Positions 10,010 to 19,807 of a stretch of 64,000 bases of DNA are shown one piece after another. The DNA is taken from positions 1-64,000 of IMG/VR virus record IMGVR_UViG_3300035142_000037. The stretch is one strand, 5' to 3'. The notes below the pieces were generated by a model, which was not told the DNA's origin, did not search any database, and saw nothing but the letters and a program-made list of their open reading frames with translations. Both the position numbers and the translations under genes were made by a program. Position 1 is the stretch's first letter. Each line of letters begins with the position of its first letter. This DNA is from a virus.

Positions 10010-11428
10010 ATGAGTGATACTATATTTACAGATCAAGAAGTTAATGATCTTATAAATAATTCTGATGAGAAAGAAGTTGTCAAAGCTGTAGTACGGGAAT
10101 TGAAGCGGTTTGGTGATAATACGAAAGCAACCTATACCGGTTTAAGAGAAGATGTGAAAAAATTGCAGGATAAGATTGACCGGGATGGAACTGATAATGA
10201 TACACAGCTTAAAAAGTTTATCGAGGACATCACAGTCAAACAGACAGCACTTGACAAGCAATCAGCCGAGTTTGTTGAAGCAACAAAGAAACGGCTTGAT
10301 GAATTCGAAGCTTATATTCAGCAACATGGAAAAGCTGTTGGTCAGAATTCAGAGCAGGATGAAAAACTGATTAAACAGTTTTATCTTGAATGTTTATCAG
10401 CCAGGAATCAGGACACCAAATTTCAGACTATGCAAAATTTCGAATACAATAAAGAAGCCGTTGAGGAATATAAAAAAGCGTTTGAAATCTACCTGAGAAC
10501 TCCTGATAAAAGATTCAACACAATGAGTGATTCAATTAAGGCCCTTACAGTTGGAATGGACCCGCATGGAGGATATACAGTAACCCCTACGATGTCAAAC
10601 CGGATGCTTCAAAGAATGTTTGAGATGGATCCAATTCGGCAGCTTGCTAATATCGAAACTATTTCAACCAGCGATGCATACGAAATACTTGTATCTTGGG
10701 GTGATTTTGGATTTGGATGGGTAGGTGAAACTGAAAGTCGGTCAGAGACCGAACACGGCGATTTGAAAAAAATTCGAATACCGGTTCATGAGATGTATGC
10801 AAATCCTTTTGCAACACAAATACTTGTTGAGGATTCAGGGATTAACATTGAAAATTGGATTGGTGACCGGGTAGCAGATAGATTCGCACGTGGCGAAGGT
10901 GCTGCTTTTGTTTCTGGAAACGGGATTAAGAGGCCTCGTGGTTTTCTTACTTATCCCAATTATACCACAGCAGGGACAGATCAGTTTGGAGCTATTGAAC
11001 GGATAGCTATGGGTGCTGCTGCTGCTGTTACGGCAGACGGCTATATTGACGTTAAGTTTTCGATGCTTGAGGAATTAATAGAAGCCGGCACATGGTTAAT
11101 GAATCGCACAACCCTGCGTGATACCTTGAAACTTACCACTGGGACCGGTGAATATATTTGGAGTCCCGGGCTTGCTGCTGATCAGTATAGTACTATTCTG
11201 AACCGGCCAGTTCGTATGTCAACATCTATGCCTGCTGTTGCTGCAAATGCTCTTGCGGTAGTATATGCAGATTTTAGACGGGCTTATACGATTGTTGATA
11301 GACTGGGTATATCAGTAATTCGGGACCCGCTTACAAATAAACCGTTTATTGAGTTTTATACTCGAAAACGTGTGGGCGGGGACATTACAGATTTCCAGGC
11401 TATGAAAATTGGTATCATAAGTACTTAA
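10010..11428 (+). CDS. major capsid protein (HK97 fold) with N-terminal coiled-coil delta domain
   Basis: 472 aa after the protease; charged coiled-coil first ~110 aa then HK97-like core. Confidence 0.85.
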   Translation: MSDTIFTDQEVNDLINNSDEKEVVKAVVRELKRFGDNTKATYTGLREDVKKLQDKIDRDGTDNDTQLKKFIEDITVKQTALDKQSAEFVEATKKRLDEFEAYIQQHGKAVGQNSEQDEKLIKQFYLECLSARNQDTKFQTMQNFEYNKEAVEEYKKAFEIYLRTPDKRFNTMSDSIKALTVGMDPHGGYTVTPTMSNRMLQRMFEMDPIRQLANIETISTSDAYEILVSWGDFGFGWVGETESRSETEHGDLKKIRIPVHEMYANPFATQILVEDSGINIENWIGDRVADRFARGEGAAFVSGNGIKRPRGFLTYPNYTTAGTDQFGAIERIAMGAAAAVTADGYIDVKFSMLEELIEAGTWLMNRTTLRDTLKLTTGTGEYIWSPGLAADQYSTILNRPVRMSTSMPAVAANALAVVYADFRRAYTIVDRLGISVIRDPLTNKPFIEFYTRKRVGGDITDFQAMKIGIIST

Positions 11429-11439
11429 GGGAGGTAGAG

Positions 11440-11943
11440 ATGAAAAGAGATATATATTCAAATTTTAGATTTTTACAGGCATTACCTCCGTTGATTTATC
11501 ATAGCGGTACTTTTCCGGCAGGTGGTGAAATATCAGGACCGTCTATTGATACCCAGGGATTTGAAGGACTTACCTTTGCAATCGAAACCGGAGATGTAGA
11601 TGTATCACAGGCTACCAGTCTTGTTGTAATCAGGATGATGCACGCAGAAGATTCAGGAGTAGGACCATCCACTTACATCAATGTGAGTGCAGAGGATATC
11701 ATACATAGTGCTTATTCATTTGGAGATGCTTTAACATCCGGGATTGTGTTCGATTTTTCTATATCCGGTACATCGGTTGCGGACTTGGAATCTACAACAT
11801 TTTATGTTGGCTATATTGGAACACAACGATATGTGAAACTTTTCGTTGAATCACATGGAACTGCGGATGCTGGATCAACATACATTGGAGCCACAGCCAT
11901 ACTCGGATACCCCAACAATTGGCCCGTTACTGAACCAGGTTAA
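11440..11943 (+). CDS. hypothetical head-associated protein
   Basis: 167 aa, GGGAGG SD, directly after capsid gene. Confidence 0.55.
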   Translation: MKRDIYSNFRFLQALPPLIYHSGTFPAGGEISGPSIDTQGFEGLTFAIETGDVDVSQATSLVVIRMMHAEDSGVGPSTYINVSAEDIIHSAYSFGDALTSGIVFDFSISGTSVADLESTTFYVGYIGTQRYVKLFVESHGTADAGSTYIGATAILGYPNNWPVTEPG

Positions 11944-11955
11944 GTGAGGTGATGT

Positions 11956-12516
11956 ATGGCAGAAACAAGTAGTAATTATCAAACAAAAATTGGTATAGAA
12001 AAAGAGGCTGAAAGATTTTTCATGCGAGAAGATGGATATTTCAACTTTTTTGATGAAGAATTTCCAGGCGGAATATTACGATCACTCGCACAACAAACAA
12101 AAGTATATACGATTACAAATTATTCAACAGCAGGAACTACATTGTCTGATCATGGAGGAAGTGCACCTCCTGTATTGCCGTCCGGTTATGGAACAATCAG
12201 AATAGAAGCGAGTGATGCCGGTACAAATCTTTCAGCACGATTGGCAAGTGCTTATTCAGGACAAGAACTTAATCTTGTACTAATGGCCGGATCAGTTGCA
12301 TCTGTGATTATATACTGTTCTGGACATGCATCCGGCATATCCGGGGTGAATGTAATTGGGTTACATCATTCGGCAGGCGCATCTGCATTATCATCAATCA
12401 GCATGAGACAATCAGCGGGAAGTTTTGCGAGAGTGAAACTAAGAGCATTAGATTCAGGCGATTGGGCTGTTGTAGAAATTGACTCCGTTGATAATGTAAC
12501 TGAAAGAAGAGCATAA
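11956..12516 (+). CDS. hypothetical head-associated protein
   Basis: 186 aa, GAGGTG SD; followed by a GC hairpin terminator. Confidence 0.55.
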   Translation: MAETSSNYQTKIGIEKEAERFFMREDGYFNFFDEEFPGGILRSLAQQTKVYTITNYSTAGTTLSDHGGSAPPVLPSGYGTIRIEASDAGTNLSARLASAYSGQELNLVLMAGSVASVIIYCSGHASGISGVNVIGLHHSAGASALSSISMRQSAGSFARVKLRALDSGDWAVVEIDSVDNVTERRA

Positions 12517-12519
12517 TTA

Positions 12520-12545
12520 AGGGGCCCCAGAGGGCCCCTATTTGG
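12520..12545 (+). terminator. GC hairpin after the head genes
   Basis: AGGGGCCC-CAGA-GGGCCCCT then ATTTGG; weak U-tract. Confidence 0.45.
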
Positions 12546-12553
12546 AGGGCTAT

Positions 12554-12763
12554 ATGAAAATTGAAATGTTAACAAGTAAACCAGTTGCCCCGGACGGAAT
12601 AAATATACAGTTATGGGGTAAAGGAAGTACACACGAAGTAAAAAAAGAATTAGGAGAAATGTTGGTCAAGGCAAAAATTGCGAAAAAAATAAGTAATCCA
12701 GTGGTGCAAACAGAAGAAATAAAAGAAGTGAAAGAAGAAAAGAAAAAGGCGAAGAAAAAATAA
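12554..12763 (+). CDS. hypothetical Lys-rich protein
   Basis: ATG at 12554 with GGAGGG SD; 69 aa. Confidence 0.5.
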   Translation: MKIEMLTSKPVAPDGINIQLWGKGSTHEVKKELGEMLVKAKIAKKISNPVVQTEEIKEVKEEKKKAKKK

Positions 12764-13360
12764 ATGATAAATCAACCTATTCTTGACATTAAAGGCAATC
12801 GCAAAATCAAGATTATAACAGAGCCATCTATCGAACCGGTTACTGTGGCAGAAATAAAAGAATTTGCCAGGATAGATCATAGTTATGAGGATACGCTTAT
12901 TTCCGGGTTTATTGTAGCTGCACGTAAACAGGTTGAGCGGTATATGTCAAAAAAATTGATTGAGCAGACGATCCGGTTGACTATGGATGAATGGAATTCT
13001 TATATAATTGAATTGCCTTATCCCCCTTTAATTTCAGTAACAGGTGTGTATTATGTATATGAAGATGATACAACAGAGGAATATGATTCTGACAACTATT
13101 ATGTCGACGCAAATACAATTCCGGGAAGATTGTGTATAAAAGATGGACAAAGTCCGCCCATAAACGATGACAGGATATATGGAGGTTATCGAATTGATTA
13201 TAAAGCCGGCTTCGGAAATAGCAGGGATGATATCTCGGATAATGTGAAATCAGCAATCATGGTATGGGCTACAGATCTATATGAAGGCCGGGCAGATATC
13301 AAATCAGCACCACAGCGTGTGCGGGCATTGCTTATGCCGGATTGGAACTTGAAACGATGA
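12764..13360 (+). CDS. head-tail connector protein (gp6-like)
   Basis: 198 aa; VTVAEIKEFARID...LI..FI.AAR..VE.Y motif typical of gp6-like connectors. Confidence 0.75.
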   Translation: MINQPILDIKGNRKIKIITEPSIEPVTVAEIKEFARIDHSYEDTLISGFIVAARKQVERYMSKKLIEQTIRLTMDEWNSYIIELPYPPLISVTGVYYVYEDDTTEEYDSDNYYVDANTIPGRLCIKDGQSPPINDDRIYGGYRIDYKAGFGNSRDDISDNVKSAIMVWATDLYEGRADIKSAPQRVRALLMPDWNLKR

Positions 13361-13794
13361 CATACATGGCCCCGAAACTTAAAAATAGAGTTCAATTTCA
13401 ACAAGGTGTTGATACCCCAAACAATAATGGCGGTTTTGACCGAAGTTACACGGAATTGACATCATGTTGGGCAGAGGTAAAGAATGTTTCAAAATATATT
13501 GAAGCTGTAAGAAATGAGCAGATAAAAGATGAATATACCCTGGAAATTGTAGTAAGGAAATCATCTGTTGATAGATTGGGAACTGCGTTTAGTTCTGCGT
13601 TTTCAGGAGCATTTAATTCAATCCCGGATATTAACCCGATCAAGAGTGATTGGTATTGTTTCATAGAAGCCGGGGAAAGTTATAAAGGCCGATTATTCCG
13701 GGTGGCCGGAACTAAACTGGATGAACGGAATAGCGAATACCTGGTAATCCGATTAAGAGAAGTTGAAGAACATGGAACCGGAGGGAATGAATGA
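13357..13794 (+). CDS. head closure / head-tail joining protein
   Basis: ATGA-coupled start; KLKNRVQFQ...WAEVK pattern typical of the family; carries a TAFSSAFSGAFN motif. Confidence 0.7.
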   Translation: MTYMAPKLKNRVQFQQGVDTPNNNGGFDRSYTELTSCWAEVKNVSKYIEAVRNEQIKDEYTLEIVVRKSSVDRLGTAFSSAFSGAFNSIPDINPIKSDWYCFIEAGESYKGRLFRVAGTKLDERNSEYLVIRLREVEEHGTGGNE

Positions 13795-14237
13795 TAGGTG
13801 TTGAAGTTAAAGGGTTAAATGAAACAAATCGGAAAATAAGCATGATGCGTCGTATCATCCCGGATGAAGCAACAAAGGGACTTTTTGACGTGGCTATTGA
13901 GATACGGAATAATGCGATTGTAAGTATGCAAAATACAGTTAGAAGAAGTGACCGGGTATATACAAGGGGAACTGTAAGACACAGGCCGTCAGCCCCTGGC
14001 TGGCCCCCTGCTATAGACAGAGGCGATCTTGTTGGTTCACTCATTCCGGAAATATTATCGGATGGAACTGTAATTATGGGATCGAGAATCACAACACCAC
14101 CTTATCCAGAATTCCTGGAAAAAGGAACTCGGAAAATGGCAGCCAGACCGTGGATGGATCCGGCGATTGATACGGTAGAGGAAGATATTGAGAATGGTGT
14201 AATGAATCGAATAATTGGAGGGATTGAGCGGTTATGA
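13791..14237 (+). CDS. HK97 gp10-family tail-neck protein
   Basis: 148 aa; ..GDLVGS.. and PYPEFLEKGTRKMAARPW motif. Confidence 0.75.
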   Translation: MIGVEVKGLNETNRKISMMRRIIPDEATKGLFDVAIEIRNNAIVSMQNTVRRSDRVYTRGTVRHRPSAPGWPPAIDRGDLVGSLIPEILSDGTVIMGSRITTPPYPEFLEKGTRKMAARPWMDPAIDTVEEDIENGVMNRIIGGIERL

Positions 14238-14557
14238 AAAATGAAGAAAGACTAATTGATTGTTTAAATAAACTTTTTCAGATAAGACCAATTACATATG
14301 GCGAATGGAATAAGTTAATAAGGTTTCCTGATAAAGAAGATGATTTATTAAATCTTGAAAAGGAATATCCTGAATTAGGTCTTGCAGGGGAAAATAATAA
14401 AAGTATATCTCTCATTTCAATAATGGCTACTATTACAGATTTTTTGTGTAAAAAAAGGTTTGCTGTGATTATTGACAGTGATGAAGAAACAAATATACCA
14501 CTTAAAAATAGAGTTATCAAAGGAGTATCTCTTGTAGATTTTAGGAGCGAAAAGTGA
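14234..14557 (+). CDS. hypothetical protein
   Basis: 107 aa, GGAGGG SD, overlaps both neighbours by 4 nt. Confidence 0.45.
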   Translation: MKNEERLIDCLNKLFQIRPITYGEWNKLIRFPDKEDDLLNLEKEYPELGLAGENNKSISLISIMATITDFLCKKRFAVIIDSDEETNIPLKNRVIKGVSLVDFRSEK

Positions 14558-15231
14558 GAATAGGCTATCTTGCTACATTATTAAGAGCAGGTGAAACAAC
14601 GTTCGGAAACTACGTTGCCGGGGCTGCGGAACTTGAAACTGCTATACGGGGTACTCTTAATTTTGATAGCGCTTTTGTCATTCCTCTTATTGACCGGGCA
14701 GACCGGAATCAATATTCCGGGTCTATCAATCAGGTATTGACAGAACGGTTTGGCATAGTTGTCGCATTAAGAAATGACTCGACAGACAAGGATAGACTTG
14801 GTATAATAGCATATGATAGGCTGCATAATATAAGAAATGAATTGTTTGGGGTTTTTCTTAATAAATCCATTTCGGAAGCAGAATCAGTCATATATTATGT
14901 AGGCGGTTCTTTGAAAGCAATCAATAATGGGTATATATGGTATCAATTTGAATTTGAGTACAAAGCAATATTAGGAGATGAAGGATTGCAAACATTTGAG
15001 GTTGATGACACGGAAGTACCTACAAGCTTTGATACGATATATGCTAATTACATATTAGCCCCGAGTGCTGAATTACCACATACAGGTGATTTGCCGTTGC
15101 CTGATGGATTTCCGGATGTAGCTATACCGGACATGGCACAATGGATTGATTTGACCGATGATCCAAGAGCCGGGGCATTTAGTGGCGCTTTTTCGACAGC
15201 GTTTGATATATATGATGAGGACAGGAGGTAA
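14554..15231 (+). CDS. tail completion/terminator-like protein (Mu gp37 position)
   Basis: 225 aa, GTG start after AGGAG; assignment by gene order only; C-terminal GAFSGAFSTAFD motif. Confidence 0.5.
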   Translation: MRIGYLATLLRAGETTFGNYVAGAAELETAIRGTLNFDSAFVIPLIDRADRNQYSGSINQVLTERFGIVVALRNDSTDKDRLGIIAYDRLHNIRNELFGVFLNKSISEAESVIYYVGGSLKAINNGYIWYQFEFEYKAILGDEGLQTFEVDDTEVPTSFDTIYANYILAPSAELPHTGDLPLPDGFPDVAIPDMAQWIDLTDDPRAGAFSGAFSTAFDIYDEDRR

Positions 15232-15233
15232 TT

Positions 15234-15392
15234 ATGATTATAAAAAAAATAATTGAAAAAATATTTTGGAGGAAAAAAATACAAAATGAAATTTTAAAAG
15301 AATTAAAATTATTAAATACCAATTTTGAAAAAATAATTAATTGTATAGATCGTGCGGGAGGAACGGGAGAATATAGAATTAAAACTATGTAA
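15234..15392 (+). CDS. hypothetical small protein
   Basis: 52 aa ORF below track cutoff; AGGAGG SD 6 nt upstream; very AT-rich. Confidence 0.4.
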   Translation: MIIKKIIEKIFWRKKIQNEILKELKLLNTNFEKIINCIDRAGGTGEYRIKTM

Positions 15393-15403
15393 TTGGAGGT
15401 AAT

Positions 15404-15625
15404 ATGAAAGAAATTGAAGTAAAGCCACAACCTGGATTAATTGTACGGATTCCTAATACCAAACAGGCATTGCCAGAAAATAAATTTTCACGGGTGCCTT
15501 ATAGCAGGTATTGGAGACGGCAAATAATGCAAGGTGCGGTAATTCAGAAAGAAGAAACCGGGGTAAAATTACATGAGCCGGTATATGAAAATAAGGAATT
15601 TAAACCGGGAGGTAAAAAGAAATGA
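15404..15625 (+). CDS. DUF2635-like small protein (Mu gp38 position)
   Basis: 73 aa immediately before the sheath gene as in Mu-like tails. Confidence 0.5.
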   Translation: MKEIEVKPQPGLIVRIPNTKQALPENKFSRVPYSRYWRRQIMQGAVIQKEETGVKLHEPVYENKEFKPGGKKK

Positions 15626-17142
15626 TAACATTTAATAATATACCTGATACAATCAGGACTCCGGGAGTTTTTGCAGAAATTGATAATAGCCGGGCTTTGC
15701 AGGGCCTTGTCGCAAATCCGCATAAAGTATTAATCATAGGCGATGGGATTGTAGGCGAGGGAAGTAAACCGACTCTTACACTGGAAGCGATAACACGGGA
15801 TAACCTGGCAGACGGATATTTCGGTGTAGGTTCACCATTGGCCCGGATGTGTAATTTCTTCAAGGATAACAATCCCAACACGGAATTATACGGTATTCGT
15901 ATTTCAGGAGGGACGGCACAGGCCAGTGCAAGGATAAATTTTTCAGTACTTCTTTCCCACGCAGGAATTGTAAGCACAAATAATGAGGTCGTGAAAATGT
16001 TACTTAACGGGAAAAAAGCCCATGTAACCTTAACATCAAATTGGTCAGCAGAAGACATCGCAAGTGCTTATGAAACCCTGATTAATGGTGATAGTACTTA
16101 TGGATTCACGGCAACCCGGACAAGTGGCGTTGCTGAAAGTCATATACTCCAAATATCTGCTGTGTTCTCTGGGGAACTCGGAAATTATGGGGATGTACGA
16201 TTCAATTATTATGAAGGTGAAAGTTGGCCGACTTGTTTTGATGATGTTGTGGCAATTGCAAGTGTGGTTTCTGGATTTGAAGGCGGTACAGGCAACCCAG
16301 ACCTGGGTGATATATGGGCGGTAATTGAGAATGAACAGTTTCAACATATCATACAGCCTTATATAGACTCTGGAAATCTTACAGAGATTGAAGATGAAAT
16401 GGCTGATAGATTCAAGCCGCTTGAGGATAAAGGTGGCCATGGGTACACATGTGTAAGAGGAGCCCAGGCAAGCTGTACGACACTCGGAAATCTTAGAAAT
16501 AGTCCACACAATACAATCATGGGTGTATATAATTCACCGACTCCCCCAGAAGAATGGGCGGCTGCTTTAGGTGCCCAGGCTTCTAAGAATTTAGAAAATG
16601 ATCCAGCCAGGCCATTGCATTATTTAGTACTTGACGGAGTATTACCACCCCCACAGGTGGACAGGTTTACACAAACAGAACGGAATATTTTACTCTATGA
16701 TGGAATTGCAACTTATATTGTAGACGGGGCTGGGAATGTGATGATAGAGCGATGTATTACAACATATCAGACAAATGCAGCCGGGGTGATTGATCCATCT
16801 TATCTTGACATCCAGACATTATTTACACTAATCGAAATTCGATATCAATTTAAAGCCCGGATGTTGACACGGTTTATTATACCCAGATTCAAACTTGCAG
16901 ATGATACTTTTCCAGTAAAGCCAGGATCTTATGTAGTAACTCCGAAAACAATTAAACAAGAAATAATTGCTTTATTTACATTACTTTATGCAAATGGATT
17001 AATTGAAAATATAGATGATTTTATCAACAATCTTGTGGTAGAACGGGATAGCGCAGATAGAAATCGAGTGAATGTATTATTACCGCCGGATTTGATTAAT
17101 CAGTTTAGAATTCTTGCAGCCCAAATTGGGTTTATATTATAA
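15622..17142 (+). CDS. tail sheath protein
   Basis: 506 aa; N-terminal IP...RTPGVFAEID motif typical of Mu/P2-type sheaths. Confidence 0.85.
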   Translation: MITFNNIPDTIRTPGVFAEIDNSRALQGLVANPHKVLIIGDGIVGEGSKPTLTLEAITRDNLADGYFGVGSPLARMCNFFKDNNPNTELYGIRISGGTAQASARINFSVLLSHAGIVSTNNEVVKMLLNGKKAHVTLTSNWSAEDIASAYETLINGDSTYGFTATRTSGVAESHILQISAVFSGELGNYGDVRFNYYEGESWPTCFDDVVAIASVVSGFEGGTGNPDLGDIWAVIENEQFQHIIQPYIDSGNLTEIEDEMADRFKPLEDKGGHGYTCVRGAQASCTTLGNLRNSPHNTIMGVYNSPTPPEEWAAALGAQASKNLENDPARPLHYLVLDGVLPPPQVDRFTQTERNILLYDGIATYIVDGAGNVMIERCITTYQTNAAGVIDPSYLDIQTLFTLIEIRYQFKARMLTRFIIPRFKLADDTFPVKPGSYVVTPKTIKQEIIALFTLLYANGLIENIDDFINNLVVERDSADRNRVNVLLPPDLINQFRILAAQIGFIL

Positions 17143-17152
17143 GGAGGTAAAT

Positions 17153-17542
17153 ATGGCATATCCAAGATTAACAGGAGCGGTTGAAATAATCGTCAATGCT
17201 CAGCCAGTATTAAATAAAGAAGGTGCCACAGCAAGTGGAGTAGGTATTTCAGGAGAAGCATCATTTGAGAGAACGCCACAATATGGAGATACTGGATTGC
17301 ATGGATATACAGAAGCTAATGTGGGCGCTATGTGTGAAGTGACATTGTCCGATAGAGAAGATCAATTGTTAGATACTCTTGCCAGAATTAATGGGGATGG
17401 AACAATAATTTTTCGGGCATATCGTGGAGGAAAAGTATATACTATGGAAGAAGCTACTTGTTTGGGTAATTTTTCTATATCCAACGGAGAAGTTACAAAT
17501 GTAAGATTTCATGGCGAAAAATGGACGGAGACTGTTGAATGA
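17153..17542 (+). CDS. tail tube protein
   Basis: ATG at 17153 with AAGGAGG SD; 129 aa after the sheath gene. Confidence 0.7.
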   Translation: MAYPRLTGAVEIIVNAQPVLNKEGATASGVGISGEASFERTPQYGDTGLHGYTEANVGAMCEVTLSDREDQLLDTLARINGDGTIIFRAYRGGKVYTMEEATCLGNFSISNGEVTNVRFHGEKWTETVE

Positions 17543-17844
17543 TATATATATTCAAGCATCCGCTTAAAATGGAAAATGATAAAGGACAAGATGTTGAATT
17601 AAGAGAAATATCTATACAACGTATGAAGGCTAAACATCTTAAGCTTATACCGGAAGAAATTTATAATATAAAAGATGCAAGAAAAAAAGTAAAAACTATA
17701 AATCCAGATAAACTATTACCACTTATAGCCGGATTGACTGGATTGACTAATGAGCAAATTGATGAAGTTGATATTGAAGATCTTCTTATAATAACAGATA
17801 AGGTAATGGTAATAGTGGGGGAAGCTTTGGGCCAGACGGTTTAA
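17539..17844 (+). CDS. tail assembly chaperone, short form
   Basis: 101 aa between tube and tape measure. Confidence 0.6.
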   Translation: MIYIFKHPLKMENDKGQDVELREISIQRMKAKHLKLIPEEIYNIKDARKKVKTINPDKLLPLIAGLTGLTNEQIDEVDIEDLLIITDKVMVIVGEALGQTV

Positions 17845-17993
17845 AATTTGATGATTGGAAAAAAGCTGTCTGGCTAATTGCGAAAACTTATAATTTCTTT
17901 GAACATGAAATATGGGAAATGGAAATTGAAAAAATGAATTTCTGGATTGAAGGGATTGAATGGCTACACAATATTCAGTATCCGTCTTACTGA
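17539..17993 (+). CDS. tail assembly chaperone, -1 frameshifted long form (slip at 17826-17832)
   Basis: -1 frame open from 17802 to TGA at 17991-17993; heptamer T TTG GGC in the zero frame; extension has a W..IA..Y...E...M....W pattern recalling P2 gpE-type C-termini. Confidence 0.5.
17826..17832 (+). promoter_or_regulatory. -1 ribosomal slippery heptamer T TTG GGC
   Basis: X XXY YYZ in the zero frame of 17539-17844, 12 nt before its stop; -1 frame open to 17993. Confidence 0.5.
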
Positions 17994-19807
17994 AACTAAT
18001 AGATCAACTCACTAATCCTCTCGGAAAAATAAGTGATAAGATGATGCGGTTTTCTGACCGACTGCGTAAAGTCGGTGAGAAAATGGCACAGGCTGGGAAA
18101 AAAATGACGCTCATGGTCACGGCACCGTTAGCATTATTGGGAAAACAGGCAATACAGACAGCCGGTGAATTCGAAAAAAATCAAATAGCTCTTGAGTCTA
18201 TGTTGGGCAGTGCGGAAAAGGCAAAGGTATTATTACAGGATCTGGTAGAATTTTCAGCAAAAACACCTTTTCAACTACCCGGATTAATCGAAGGCACAAA
18301 ACAACTTCTTGCCTTTGGTATTCCGGCGGATGACATAATTGAAAAGCTGCAAAATCTTGGGAATATTGCCCAAGGTGATCAGGGAAAACTTACTGGATTA
18401 GTCCAGGCATTTGGGAAAATACGGGCCAAAGGTGTGGCTTCCATGCGTGAACTTAACATGATGATTAATGCAGGTGTACCGATTATGAGAGCACTTTCGG
18501 AAGAATTCGGGGTAGCAGAAGCCGAAATATTCGAGATGAGCAGACGTGGTGAATTAACTTTTGACCGGATAGACAAGGCTATAACAAATCTTACAACCGG
18601 GACTGGGATGTTTGCAGGAATCCTTGAAAAGCAATCTCAATCACTGTTAGGGCTTTGGAGTACCCTGCTGGATAATTTTAGCCTATTAGGGAAAGAAATT
18701 GCCGAAACCTTTATGCCAGCTCTAAAAGGATTAATAAACGGGGTTATGGGAATTGTAAAATGGTTTCGTTCGCTATCAGAGGGTACTAAACATTTGATTG
18801 GTATTATAATTGCTTTGACTGCGGCGATAGGGCCGCTTATGATAGTACTCGGTAAGCTATTTATTTTAATTGCCACTGGTATGGGACCAATCGGTCTTAT
18901 ATTAGCGGGATTGGCTGCATTAGCAGCAGCAATAATTGGTGTCGCAGTGGCTATTGATAGACATAATAATCGCTTTCGGATAGCTGCACAAAGATATAGA
19001 GATCAGAAAGAAAGAGTCAGTGATCTTGCAGACGAATACGAAGCATTACAGAAAAAAACAAATCGAACGAGGGAAGAGCAAGACAGATTTTTGAGTTTGC
19101 AACGTCAATTAAAAACGGCAATTGGGGATAATGCCTTTGTGCTTAATGAAATGACAGGAGAACTTGAATTAAATAGAAAAGAATTTGAGCGATGGAGTGA
19201 GGAATTAAGAATCCTTGAAGTAAAAAATTTACAAAGGGATTTAGAAAAATTAGAAAAAAGATTACAAAAACAAATAAAAACTACAGAATGGGCAAGAAAA
19301 GAAGTAGCAGAGGCAAAAAAAGAAGGTCCGCATATGTGGGGTCCAGAGGTATATGAAGCGCAATTAGAAAAATCTTTAAAAGCTGAATTAGCTATAGAAA
19401 GTCAAATTGAAACAACAAAATCACTTATTGAAGAAATTATGAAAGGCATGATAGGAATGGAGGATTTTGCAGAAGAAGAAGAAAAAATAAAAACTGAAAC
19501 TGAAGAAACAAATAAAGAACTAAAAACTATGGCGGACCTTTTGGATGAAATAGATCAAAAAATGAAACAGCGGATTGTAGGAGAATTATTGAGAGGAAAA
19601 AGAGAAAGATTTTTCAGAACTACAGATGTGATTAAGCGATTTGAAAAAATGCAAAAAGAATCTAAGTCTAAAGTTGATGTATCAATAAAGGTTGAGGCAG
19701 AAGAGGGAACTTCTGCAAAAATTTCAAAAGTAGAAAAATCAGGAGAGGAAGCTGATGTATCTATTGAAGCTAAAAGTTATATAGGCATGCATCAGTTTAC
19801 AATGTAA
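17960..19807 (+). CDS. tail tape measure protein
   Basis: 615 aa; central hydrophobic segment, long coiled-coil C-terminal half, position after the chaperone pair. Confidence 0.85.
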   Translation: MATQYSVSVLLKLIDQLTNPLGKISDKMMRFSDRLRKVGEKMAQAGKKMTLMVTAPLALLGKQAIQTAGEFEKNQIALESMLGSAEKAKVLLQDLVEFSAKTPFQLPGLIEGTKQLLAFGIPADDIIEKLQNLGNIAQGDQGKLTGLVQAFGKIRAKGVASMRELNMMINAGVPIMRALSEEFGVAEAEIFEMSRRGELTFDRIDKAITNLTTGTGMFAGILEKQSQSLLGLWSTLLDNFSLLGKEIAETFMPALKGLINGVMGIVKWFRSLSEGTKHLIGIIIALTAAIGPLMIVLGKLFILIATGMGPIGLILAGLAALAAAIIGVAVAIDRHNNRFRIAAQRYRDQKERVSDLADEYEALQKKTNRTREEQDRFLSLQRQLKTAIGDNAFVLNEMTGELELNRKEFERWSEELRILEVKNLQRDLEKLEKRLQKQIKTTEWARKEVAEAKKEGPHMWGPEVYEAQLEKSLKAELAIESQIETTKSLIEEIMKGMIGMEDFAEEEEKIKTETEETNKELKTMADLLDEIDQKMKQRIVGELLRGKRERFFRTTDVIKRFEKMQKESKSKVDVSIKVEAEEGTSAKISKVEKSGEEADVSIEAKSYIGMHQFTM

